From positions 54,956-118,955 of the forward strand of contig CALDNA010000016.1 of the NCBI GenBank assembly GCA_937915175.1: 64,000 bases of DNA, read 5' to 3'. Source of the stretch: an uncultured euryarchaeote (GTDB lineage Archaea > Thermoplasmatota > Poseidoniia > Poseidoniales > Poseidoniaceae). This document shows positions 18,138-27,248 of the stretch, piece after piece (position 1 is the first letter of the stretch; every line of letters starts with the position of its first letter). A model generated the notes under the pieces. It was not told the DNA's origin. It saw only the letters and a list, made by a program, of their open reading frames with translations, and searched no databases. The translations under genes were made by a program, and so were the position numbers.

Positions 18138-20177
18138 ATGGGCGATGCATTTCAGGGTTTGAAGGCCCACATCGCGGAGGGTATTCCTCTGGACTTGCCG
18201 CTACACCCTGGTCTTGATCCAAATGTCGATCATGCACCCCACCGCCGTCAAATTCTAACACAAAAAGAAAAGAAATTGGCCTTACGTAACGCTTTGAGGT
18301 ACTTTGATAGTGCACACCACGAAGTCTTAGCCCCAGAATTCGCAGAGGAACTGAACACGTTTGGCCGCATTGTAATGTGGCGGTTCCGGCCAACTGAATA
18401 CGAAATGAAGGCGCATCCAATCCATGCATACCCTGCCCGGTCTACGCACGCTGCTTCGATCATGCTGATGATTCAAAACAACCTCGATCCAGCGGTTGCT
18501 CAATTCCCTCATGAATTAATCACTTATGGTGGCAACGGCAGTGTGTTTCAAAATTGGGCACAGTACAGGTTGTGCATGCAATACCTCTCTCAAATGGATG
18601 ATGAGCAAACATTAGTGATGTATTCGGGACACCCCATGGGCCTGTTCCCTTCGAACGCAAACGCTCCACGTGTCGTCGTCACAAATGGCATGATGATTCC
18701 AAGCGAATCGACGCCAGACAACTATGAACGGCTCAATGCAATGGGCGTCACCCAATACGGGCAAATGACTGCTGGCTCTTACATGTACATCGGACCACAA
18801 GGCATTGTCCACGGCACAACCATCACCCTCCTGAACGCCGCAAGAGCTCATTTAGGTCTCGCTGGAGATGCAGGGCTCGGTGGTGTGACATTCGTAACCT
18901 CTGGCCTTGGAGGTATGTCTGGTGCTCAAGCAAAAGCCGCAGTGATTGCTGGTGCCTCATGCATCGTTGCCGAATCCAACGCTCATGCTGCGTACAAACG
19001 CCACGAACAAGGTTGGTTAACCGAGGTCACCGATGATATCGATGTGGCCATCGACCAGATGGTCGAAGCGGCTGACAATAAAGAAGCCAAATCAATCGGT
19101 CTTATTGGAAACATCGTGGAACTTTGGGAACGCTTGGTCGAGCGCAACATCAACGTCGACCTCGGCTCCGATCAAACAAGCCTCCACAACCCATTCCAAG
19201 GTGGCTACTTCCCGGTAGGGATTCCGTACGATGAAGCCGCTGCTATGCTTTCTGACAATCCCACTCTCTTTGCAGATGAAGTTCGCAAGACATTGATTCG
19301 GCATGCTGAAGCAGTCAATGCCATGTCCAGCAATGGAATGTACTTCTGGGATTATGGCAATGCGTTTCTCCTTGAAGCAAGTCGGGCCGGCGCAGATGTG
19401 TTGAATGACGACGGAACGTTCCGATACCCGAGCTACGTTGAAGACATCATGGGGCCAATGTGCTTCGACTATGGATTCGGTCCTTACCGCTGGGTCTGCT
19501 GTTCAGGCGACCCTAAGGATTTAGAGATCACAGATCGAATTGCAAAAGAAGTGTTAGAAGAGATGCTGGTTACAGCCCCCACTGAAATCACTCAACAAAT
19601 GAAGGACAACATTCGATGGATTACAGAAGCAGGCCAAAACAACATGGTTGTGGGTTCCCAAGCTAGAATTCTCTATGCTGATGATGAAGGGCGGCGCCGG
19701 ATTGCCTCTGCCATGAACAGCGCCATAGCCAGCGGCGAGTTGTCTGGACCAATTGTTCTTGGACGCGACCACCACGATGTATCAGGCACTGACAGCCCTT
19801 ACAGGGAAACCGCGAACATTCGAGACGGGTCCATGTGGACTGCTGATATGGCGGTCCAGAACTTCGTCGGCGATGCATTCCGAGGAGCCACCTGGGTTAG
19901 CCTTCACAACGGAGGAGGTGTTGGTTGGGGCCAAGTCATCAACGGTGGTTTTGGAATGCTTTTGGATGGGACTCAGGCGTGCGAAGAAAAACTCCAGTCA
20001 ATGTTGCACTGGGATGTTAACAACGGTGTTGCCCGCAGAGCATGGGCGCGTAATGACGGTGCTGATTTTGCAATCAAGCGCGCCATGCAGGCCGACAAAC
20101 GCTTGCATGTCACACTCCCTCATCATGCAAATGATGATGTGGTCGATCAAGCATTCAAAGGAGCGGGTATACAATGA
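18138..20177 (+). CDS. hutU: Urocanate hydratase (long, about 680-aa form)
   Basis: Full-length similarity to urocanase (NAD-binding GGMSGAQ region, ...GLGGVTFVTSGLGGMSGAQAKA...). 4-nt overlap with hutH. Confidence 0.9.
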   Translation: MGDAFQGLKAHIAEGIPLDLPLHPGLDPNVDHAPHRRQILTQKEKKLALRNALRYFDSAHHEVLAPEFAEELNTFGRIVMWRFRPTEYEMKAHPIHAYPARSTHAASIMLMIQNNLDPAVAQFPHELITYGGNGSVFQNWAQYRLCMQYLSQMDDEQTLVMYSGHPMGLFPSNANAPRVVVTNGMMIPSESTPDNYERLNAMGVTQYGQMTAGSYMYIGPQGIVHGTTITLLNAARAHLGLAGDAGLGGVTFVTSGLGGMSGAQAKAAVIAGASCIVAESNAHAAYKRHEQGWLTEVTDDIDVAIDQMVEAADNKEAKSIGLIGNIVELWERLVERNINVDLGSDQTSLHNPFQGGYFPVGIPYDEAAAMLSDNPTLFADEVRKTLIRHAEAVNAMSSNGMYFWDYGNAFLLEASRAGADVLNDDGTFRYPSYVEDIMGPMCFDYGFGPYRWVCCSGDPKDLEITDRIAKEVLEEMLVTAPTEITQQMKDNIRWITEAGQNNMVVGSQARILYADDEGRRRIASAMNSAIASGELSGPIVLGRDHHDVSGTDSPYRETANIRDGSMWTADMAVQNFVGDAFRGATWVSLHNGGGVGWGQVINGGFGMLLDGTQACEEKLQSMLHWDVNNGVARRAWARNDGADFAIKRAMQADKRLHVTLPHHANDDVVDQAFKGAGIQ

Positions 20178-21724
20178 GGCCAACAGTTCAACTCGATGGT
20201 ACAACGCTCACGCCCGCAGAGGTTGAACGGATCTCCACAAACCATGCCGATGTGAGTATTTCCGAGGCAGCATGGCAGCGGGTCAATGTAGCTCGAGATG
20301 TGGTCGAAGGCATCCTAGAGCGTGGAGAAACCGTGTACGGAATTAACACGGGGTTCGGCGCTCTTGTCCACCAACGTATTTCACCCGATGATTTGGCAAC
20401 GCTCCAAACAAACCTGATTCGATCCCACGCAACTGGCTTAGGCGAGCCAATGACTCGAGCCTCGGTTCGAGCAATGATGGTGGTGCGAATCAACTCCCTT
20501 GTGAAGGGTCACTCCGGTGTTCACCCTGAAGTTCTGGAACAACTCGTTTCTTTCTTGAATCACGACATCGTCCCCCATGTACCCCGAATTGGTAGTTTGG
20601 GTGCGAGCGGTGACCTTGCACCTTTGTCGCACATGGCCCTTGCACTGCTTGGTGAAGGGGAGGTTTTGTCAGAACAAGGCCAAGCAATATCGACTAAGGA
20701 AGTTTTGACAGAAAAAGGCATGATTGGGATAAAATTGCGTGCCAAAGACGGCCTCTCGTTGATCAATGGGACGAGCCAAATGTTGGCCTTCATGACGCTT
20801 GCCGAACGACGCCTCAACGCTCTCATGCCCTTGGCAGATCTAATTTTATGCACTTCGATGGAAGCGAGAAAAGCAAGCGTCAAGCCATCGGATGACCGTG
20901 TCCATCAAGCACGACCTCATCCCGGTCAACGCCTTGTTGCGGAACGGATCAGAACCATCATGGCTCATTCCCCCATTCTGGCGTCTCATGCAGACTGCGA
21001 TCGCGTTCAGGATGCATACTCCTTCCGTTGCGCACCTCAAGTCCATGGGGCAGTCTTACAACGGTACCATTCTCTCGTAGAGACACTCGAAATTGAACTC
21101 AACAGCGCTACGGATAACCCACTCATTTTCCCAGATCCACAGAACCCAGGGCCACATGAAGTGATTTCCCAAGGAAATTTCCATGGCGAAGTGATTGCCC
21201 TAGCTGCAGATTCCATGAGCGCTGCATTGTTTGAATTGGGCTCGATTTCTGAGCGAAGAATAGACCAAATGTTGGACCCGGCTCGCAGTGAATTGCCGGC
21301 ATTTTTGGCTCAAAACTCAGGGCTTGAATCAGGGTTGATGATCGTTCAATACGTCGCAGGGGCCTCACTTGCAGAACTGCACGGCCATGTCATGCCCCGT
21401 GCCGCATTTTCGACCAGTACATCGGCAGGTCAAGAAGACCATGTGAGCATGGGGGCAACCGCTGCATGGAACCTTCTGGAAGCAACAAAACGGCTCTCTG
21501 AAGTGTTGGCTTGTGAACTGTTTGTAGCGTGTGAAGCGCTTGAATGTGAAGAAACAGAACCGGCTCCCTTTGTTGCAGCTCTTAAGCAGCGCGTCCGGAC
21601 GATTGCAAAACCACTCACTGGTGACCGAAGCACAAGCAAGGAATTAATTTCGATTGCCGAGGAACTCTGTGATGGTGCATGGTTGGCCAGAATTGAAGCA
21701 GAACTGGGCCGAATACCACGTTAA
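20174..21724 (+). CDS. hutH: Histidine ammonia-lyase
   Basis: MIO-forming GSLGASGDLAPLSH motif and typical HAL length. Confidence 0.9.
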   Translation: MRPTVQLDGTTLTPAEVERISTNHADVSISEAAWQRVNVARDVVEGILERGETVYGINTGFGALVHQRISPDDLATLQTNLIRSHATGLGEPMTRASVRAMMVVRINSLVKGHSGVHPEVLEQLVSFLNHDIVPHVPRIGSLGASGDLAPLSHMALALLGEGEVLSEQGQAISTKEVLTEKGMIGIKLRAKDGLSLINGTSQMLAFMTLAERRLNALMPLADLILCTSMEARKASVKPSDDRVHQARPHPGQRLVAERIRTIMAHSPILASHADCDRVQDAYSFRCAPQVHGAVLQRYHSLVETLEIELNSATDNPLIFPDPQNPGPHEVISQGNFHGEVIALAADSMSAALFELGSISERRIDQMLDPARSELPAFLAQNSGLESGLMIVQYVAGASLAELHGHVMPRAAFSTSTSAGQEDHVSMGATAAWNLLEATKRLSEVLACELFVACEALECEETEPAPFVAALKQRVRTIAKPLTGDRSTSKELISIAEELCDGAWLARIEAELGRIPR

Positions 21725-22611
21725 AGTGCGTCGATAAGGGCCTTGACCTGATCAAAACCGGTAAGTTGGCGTATTCGGAACTTCGCAGTGGTGAGTTCAC
21801 TCGCACTCAACGATTCGCTGCATGAGTCAATTTGACGTTCAAGCTCAACAGCTGTTCGCACCTTTGACTCGATGGATGCATACAATTCAAAGCCCTCATG
21901 ATCGTTGAGGTAGAGTGCTGGCTCGACTTCGGAAACATCCAAACCCATTCTCCTCCATTGCAAAATACGTTTGCGCAGGAGTTGCTTCGTGAACCCGTTT
22001 TTAGGAAGCCGGTTCAGCATGACAAGAGCAGGCAAGCCTTCTTCGGTAACAGGGAGGGTTTCAATCGGTTCCATTTCCGGTTCTTCAGATTCGAGTTCCA
22101 TCATTGGTTCCAGTTGCTCATGGATGTAGGACATCAATGGGGCCTCCCTTCTGAAACGAGCCAGCCAAATGGAATTGAATGCGAGAGGATCGATAGGGAG
22201 AATGAGGGTCCATTGGGTGCGGTGAAGATCGTCGCGTAGCGTCCGAATGTAATTGAGTACTGTTGTTTCACCGTGCAGTGTCACCAGCCATTCGAGGCCC
22301 TCAATCACAAGTATCCCATGATGGTTGGAGATTCTGGTGTGAATGAGCGCGTGGAGTTCGTCAAGGTCTGGCGCCACATGGGCTTGCCCAACTCGATGAG
22401 TCATCCAATATGTTTCCACTTTCGATATGTCAATTTGATTCAAAAGCCTGCGATGTGGCAATCTTGAAACGAATACGATGTGCTCATTGCTGGTTTGGCC
22501 CAAGTGGTCAACCCACTCGAAAAGAGATTTCTTAGCATCCATTTCACAACTGAAAAGCTGACCTTTTGTGACGGAATCACTTCCGTTGAACGCCTCCCGC
22601 AACTGCTCCAT
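21721..22611 (-). CDS. DUF835-like domain protein
   Basis: C-terminal region (WMTHRVGQAHVAPDLDELHALI...GILVIEGLEWLV...DPLAFNSIWLARFRREA) resembles the archaeal DUF835 pattern. Assignment from memory of the family only. Confidence 0.45.
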   Translation of the reverse strand: MEQLREAFNGSDSVTKGQLFSCEMDAKKSLFEWVDHLGQTSNEHIVFVSRLPHRRLLNQIDISKVETYWMTHRVGQAHVAPDLDELHALIHTRISNHHGILVIEGLEWLVTLHGETTVLNYIRTLRDDLHRTQWTLILPIDPLAFNSIWLARFRREAPLMSYIHEQLEPMMELESEEPEMEPIETLPVTEEGLPALVMLNRLPKNGFTKQLLRKRILQWRRMGLDVSEVEPALYLNDHEGFELYASIESKVRTAVELERQIDSCSESLSASELTTAKFRIRQLTGFDQVKALIDAL

Positions 22612-22676
22612 TGGTACGGGTAACCGTTGAAAGACTATGAATCATTATATCCGTTGTTGTCATCGGTTAGATAGGT

Positions 22677-24515
22677 GTGCCTATGACTGAAGACAAGACT
22701 GATGAAGTTGCCACAGGCGAATGTGGTGCTTGTCGAGCCGTTATCCCAATCGATTCTGAAGTATGCCCCGAGTGCAATATCTCCTTTTCCGGCGTCTCTG
22801 ATGAGGCACTGGGTGAATGTGGCGCTTGCCATGGTCTTGTCCCTCTCGATTCTACCAAGTGCACCCACTGTGGAACTGTCTTCATTGCAGATGATGTCGT
22901 TGATGTGTTGAGAAATTGGCTTGCTACAACCGGAATTACAATTCCAATGTTGTTCAAGAAATTTGACACCGATGGAGACGGGCAAATTGATTCCAGTGAA
23001 TTGAAAACTGGTTTGCTCAGTTTGAACCTCGCAGACCTCCCCCCTTCTCAAGTTGAACGATTGATTGAGACCATCGATTCAGATGGAGATGGACGTCTAG
23101 ACCTTGCCGAATTGCACGCAACGATCACTGGCGAAGAACTCACTGAAAGCGAACTCGAAACGCTCTCTTCTGATTCCAATAACGAAGAATCCACAAAAGA
23201 AGCGGAAGATGAAGCATCTGAAACCGACGAACAAATCGATGTGGATAACGAAGAACCTTCGGAAGGGGACGAAGAAGAATCATCCGAAGAAGATTCCATT
23301 GAAGAAGAATCTGATGAGGAAAGTACAGAGCATATCGAAGAAGACTCGACTGAAGAAGAACCCGAAGAAGTTGATTCAGAGGAAGAAGAAGCGTTGGAAG
23401 ACGATCTTGAACTCGGTGTGGGTGATGAAGACGAAGCAGAAAGCATACCTCTCATTCGAAGAATTGCCGATGCAATGGATGAAGAAGGAACTTCGCCCAA
23501 TTATTTCTTCTCTCATCTCGATCGAGATGCTGACGGTGCCGCAGATGTCAGTGAACTCACAAACGCGTTGAAGGGATTGCTGGACGACGAAGTTTCTTAC
23601 GATGAAATTGAACAGTTCCTTGTCGATGTTGATGGAGATGGGGATCGAAGAATCGACATGTTTGAATTCATAATCGCTCTTGAAGCACTCGATGATGCTG
23701 ACGAAGCATTGGAGGAAGATGATGGTGGGGAAACCGAAAAACCATTCCCTACGAAGTTGCAAAAAAGCATGATGGGCAAGCAGTGGAATGACATTGTTTG
23801 GCCACTGATGCATCTGGCCTTTGGCCTGTTCATTGCTCTTTTGGTGCTCAATGCCTTCGGTGGAATCGGCCCGCTCTCTGTTGATGGAACAGGAGGTCTA
23901 GTGGAACTCGAAGTCAAGGGGACCCTCATTCATCAAGATGGATTCGAGAACGGGGATGTTTACCCTTGCGACCCCGAATATCAAGTGGGTGATTGTAAAA
24001 ACTCACTCACACCGTTTGCAGGAGAATCCTCATCAATGCCCGCTGGATTTTATTGGGATGGCATTCTATTCATGGTTCTTGGTACAGGCGCCCTCATTGG
24101 TAGCCTTTATGCGCACCTAATTCTCATGGCTACATGGAGAGCACGTTCCCGAGCCATGAAGGAAGTTTTAGACGATCAATCCGACGCCTCCGAGGAAGCC
24201 CCATCAGATAATGATGCGGCAGAAGATGACGATGAACATCAAGAAGATGATTCCATTGAAGAAGAAATGGATGAAGTTCTGGAAGAAAATTTCGAAGAAG
24301 ATGAACTTGGTGAAGATGAAGATTCTGAAGAAAAATCCGAGGGCGATCCAGACGAAGAAATCGACATTGGTTCCCGCATTGGATTATCGCTTGAGGATGA
24401 AGAAGTCTACGGAAAAATCATTGAGTTTGACGATGATGAAGGAACCGTGACCATCAAAGAAGATGGCAGCGGTGAAGAAATCACAGGCTACCAAGACGAT
24501 ATTTTCTTGGAGTGA
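22677..24515 (+). CDS. Acidic EF-hand calcium-binding membrane protein with N-terminal double zinc ribbon
   Basis: Two CxxC...CxxC ribbons. Four EF-hand loops (DTDGDGQIDSSEL, DSDGDGRLDLAEL, DRDADGAADVSEL, DVDGDGDRRIDMFEF). Two TM helices and long D/E-rich tracts. Confidence 0.7.
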   Translation: MPMTEDKTDEVATGECGACRAVIPIDSEVCPECNISFSGVSDEALGECGACHGLVPLDSTKCTHCGTVFIADDVVDVLRNWLATTGITIPMLFKKFDTDGDGQIDSSELKTGLLSLNLADLPPSQVERLIETIDSDGDGRLDLAELHATITGEELTESELETLSSDSNNEESTKEAEDEASETDEQIDVDNEEPSEGDEEESSEEDSIEEESDEESTEHIEEDSTEEEPEEVDSEEEEALEDDLELGVGDEDEAESIPLIRRIADAMDEEGTSPNYFFSHLDRDADGAADVSELTNALKGLLDDEVSYDEIEQFLVDVDGDGDRRIDMFEFIIALEALDDADEALEEDDGGETEKPFPTKLQKSMMGKQWNDIVWPLMHLAFGLFIALLVLNAFGGIGPLSVDGTGGLVELEVKGTLIHQDGFENGDVYPCDPEYQVGDCKNSLTPFAGESSSMPAGFYWDGILFMVLGTGALIGSLYAHLILMATWRARSRAMKEVLDDQSDASEEAPSDNDAAEDDDEHQEDDSIEEEMDEVLEENFEEDELGEDEDSEEKSEGDPDEEIDIGSRIGLSLEDEEVYGKIIEFDDDEGTVTIKEDGSGEEITGYQDDIFLE

Positions 24516-24519
24516 TTGA

Positions 24520-24894
24520 ATGACTTCAGACCCGCTGACTGCTTATGCGGGTCTCGCAGCATGCCCAAATTGCGGCTGCTTAGAACGGAAAGGCACTGTG
24601 CGGTGCGCTGAATGTGGCACGTTCCATGCTGGAATCCACATGGATGAACGTAAAGATCCGATTCCAACTGTGGCGCCTGCCGAGCGCGCACCAATTGATC
24701 CATCTGCTTACTCCCTGTCAGGAGATCAAGCTGTTCCAGAAGAGTCATTCGAAGAGACCGAAGAAATCGTAAATTGGGAGGGAGGTTCTTCCGATTTCAC
24801 AATGGAAGAAGGAGACGAACCTCCACTCGCTCGCGTCGATCCGGACGACCTGGAGTTTCCAGAACCGGAAGACCTCAGTTCCATTGAGGATTAG
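24520..24894 (+). CDS. Small zinc-ribbon protein with acidic C-terminal tail
   Basis: CPNCGC...CAECG ribbon. Starts 5 nt after the EF-hand gene and is probably co-transcribed. Confidence 0.5.
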   Translation: MTSDPLTAYAGLAACPNCGCLERKGTVRCAECGTFHAGIHMDERKDPIPTVAPAERAPIDPSAYSLSGDQAVPEESFEETEEIVNWEGGSSDFTMEEGDEPPLARVDPDDLEFPEPEDLSSIED

Positions 24895-24977
24895 TTTCTT
24901 ATCTTATGAAAGTTGATTGTATTAAGTGCCTCTCAGGGGTCAAATAAATACAACTCATAGGTTGTTTGATTTATTCC

Positions 24978-25053
24978 TGGTGGGCTCGGAGAGAATTGAA
25001 CTCTCGATCTTCGCCATGTCAAGGCGACGTCATAACCCCTAGACCACGAGCCC
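24978..25053 (-). tRNA. tRNA-Val (anticodon GAC), CCA encoded
   Basis: Reverse complement reads GGGCTCGTGGTCTAGGGGTTATGACGTCGCCTTGACATGGCGAAGATCGAGAGTTCAATTCTCTCCGAGCCCACCA. It has a 7-bp acceptor stem, an anticodon stem TCGCC/GGCGA with loop TTGACAT, and a GTTCAAT T-loop. Confidence 0.8.
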
Positions 25054-25111
25054 CTAGGTAATTTGTCCTGCGAACAGGTGTATTAAATCGCATCGGTGAA
25101 AACGCATCGAT

Positions 25112-25297
25112 TCAACTAACGATTTTAGAAATCTTTCCAGTGCAGCCTGCTTGGGAGCAAAACCCAGCCATGCGCGTTCTGCCATTTTTCATCTTGATCA
25201 ATTGACCATCTTTGATGGGTCCATATGTTTTGCATTTCAAACAAAAACCTTCGACAGCTGCCATGTGACTCACGCTCTGGTGGAGGGGACAATTCAT
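25112..25297 (-). CDS. Small zinc-ribbon protein (DUF5679-like, CxxC...CxxxC)
   Basis: FCLKCKTYGPIKDGQLIKMKNGRTRMAGFCSQAGCTGKI resembles small archaeal ribbon proteins of the CxKCk...NGR...GxCxxCGt type. Confidence 0.5.
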   Translation of the reverse strand: MNCPLHQSVSHMAAVEGFCLKCKTYGPIKDGQLIKMKNGRTRMAGFCSQAGCTGKISKIVS

Positions 25298-25550
25298 AGA
25301 TGCTTCGTTATTGAATGTAGAAAATTTGGATTTGTCAATAATATGTCTATTTTGGGCTCCGAACCCCTCCTCGAAGGGCGGTATTTAGGAATAATTGAAA
25401 AAATTATGTCTTCGTATGGCAGTGAATGGAGTACTGCGGACTAGTTCTGCAAATCAGCCAGGATGCATCTTATTCCAATTCACGGCCAATGTCGTATAAC
25501 ATACATTATGCGACGTGCAGGGGGTGTGGAAAACACCACATTCGCCAACT

Positions 25551-25883
25551 TCACTCAGTTTGCAGATGCCGTGGGTCAATTTCGAACATACCAATCAATG
25601 GTGGGCCTGCGACAACCGACTCCAATCCACCATCCTTTGGATCCAGCACCTTCAGGACTTCATCGGATATTCTCTTCCAAGCTTGCCGATCGGAAAATAC
25701 GGTTTGAACCAAAACCATCTCGGTACCATCGGTGGAATTCCCAACCCAAGCGGCTAGGCATCCATCTTGTCGCCGCTTGAATGCTTGTCGCGTTTCCAAC
25801 ATTCGAAGAAATCGAGCACCCTTTCCTTTTGCCGCTCCACAGACAACGGTCTCAATGAATACCTTCTTGATTTTATGACTCAT
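25551..25883 (-). CDS. ABM (antibiotic-biosynthesis-monooxygenase/Dabb-like) domain protein
   Basis: About 110 aa with an ETVV...KGKG..FL..L...Q.....GCL...V....DGTEMVLVQTVFSDRQAWK pattern reminiscent of the ABM fold. Weak. Confidence 0.35.
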   Translation of the reverse strand: MSHKIKKVFIETVVCGAAKGKGARFLRMLETRQAFKRRQDGCLAAWVGNSTDGTEMVLVQTVFSDRQAWKRISDEVLKVLDPKDGGLESVVAGPPLIGMFEIDPRHLQTE

Positions 25884-25937
25884 GGTGACTCAACTCTAAT
25901 TCCTTTATACACTGCATCAAAAACCATTAGTTGTTAT

Positions 25938-27242
25938 TCAGTGGTGGCTGAGTTTTCCATTTAGCATGGTGGCTCTAAACGGGGTAGTCCCGGGCGAGTT
26001 GCACCAGCTCTGCCACTGGTTGCCGTTGAGAACATTGAGGTTCGCAGCCGCACCAACTTGGAGGCGGCCGTGAACAACTCCGTCTGGATGAGGTGAAGTT
26101 TCGGATGGGTTGCGGCTCGATGCGACAAGTGCGGCAAGTGGATCAACGTTGTTTCGGTGAACCAATAAGGAACCGATGAATGGTAAACTGAGTATGTTGC
26201 AATTGGGATTAAAATCTGTAGCGACCGACCAGCAGTATTTTTTCTCAATGGCTTGGTTGAACGACGGCCAAGGTTCACCCATGGTGTATGGAGTTCCAGG
26301 GAGGAATCCAGTGTTCACACCTGCATCTTGCATGTTCATACGCGTGTCCAATGGAGTGTGGTGAGCGTGGTCGGCAGTCACAACGCCCAAATCGGCCGCG
26401 AGTTCTCCGCCACCACCGTCAACAAATTCGTCAATGTGAATTCGTTGGCGCAAACCACCAGACTTTGCTGAACGCAAAATGTCTTCACTCTCTTCGACAG
26501 TAAACCATCCTGGTTCGCAGAACACATCGGCTGCGTTGGCTAATCCTTGATCCAAAACCGCTGGCAATTGTTCACTTAGTATCTCTTCTACATATTCTGA
26601 ACGTGTAAGATTCACCGGCGTGTCATGGGCACCCAACCAAGTGAGTTCCATAGAAGGGAGGTGATTGATTGAGTGGAGGTGATTGGCTACCTCGAGCAAC
26701 AGCAATTCACGTTCTGTCGAAAGGCCATAGCCGCTTTTAGTTTCCATGTGGGTTGTTCCATTGAGAAGCGCCAGCCTCATGCGCTGATAGCCGAGTTGCA
26801 CCAAAGCATCCTTTGAGGCTGATGCAGTCTGACGAACAGTGTGTTGAATCCCTCCACCGTTTGCGGCAATCGCTTGGTATGTCATGCCCTTTTGTTTCAT
26901 GGTTATTTCATTCGAACGATCGCCTGCCCAGAGCAGATGATTGTGACCATCGACAAGCCCAGGAACGACTGCATTCCCGCCGAGTGAAACAATGGTAAGT
27001 TGTTCCGTGGACGCATTCGGTCCGCCATACTCTTCCATGAGTTGCGATGATTCCTCAATAGATTCGATTGTGCCATCATTTATCACAATCCCCTTTCCAG
27101 CAGGAGATGTTAGTAAATCATAGTTGGACATATCGGCCCCAATGAGCGGTCCATCACCAGAGAGATGGGCCAACGGGCCTAGGTCGAGTAAGACGGTCCG
27201 CATTGTCATATGGTAGGGCTGAGGGTTGAAGAACAATGGCAC
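25938..27242 (-). CDS. hutI: Imidazolonepropionase
   Basis: Amidohydrolase motifs (VDGHNHLLWAGDRS, metal-binding His and Asp). Length and overall similarity to HutI. Alternative ATG start at 27209 (MTMRTVLL). Confidence 0.85.
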   Translation of the reverse strand: MPLFFNPQPYHMTMRTVLLDLGPLAHLSGDGPLIGADMSNYDLLTSPAGKGIVINDGTIESIEESSQLMEEYGGPNASTEQLTIVSLGGNAVVPGLVDGHNHLLWAGDRSNEITMKQKGMTYQAIAANGGGIQHTVRQTASASKDALVQLGYQRMRLALLNGTTHMETKSGYGLSTERELLLLEVANHLHSINHLPSMELTWLGAHDTPVNLTRSEYVEEILSEQLPAVLDQGLANAADVFCEPGWFTVEESEDILRSAKSGGLRQRIHIDEFVDGGGGELAADLGVVTADHAHHTPLDTRMNMQDAGVNTGFLPGTPYTMGEPWPSFNQAIEKKYCWSVATDFNPNCNILSLPFIGSLLVHRNNVDPLAALVASSRNPSETSPHPDGVVHGRLQVGAAANLNVLNGNQWQSWCNSPGTTPFRATMLNGKLSHH

Positions 27243-27248
27243 TTAGTC

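Noticed and set aside
23048-23929. Minus-strand ORFs (150, 145, 110 aa) inside the acidic EF-hand gene
   Set aside because: They are antisense artefacts of GAA/GAT-rich (D/E-coding) repeats, giving Ser/Phe-rich translations.
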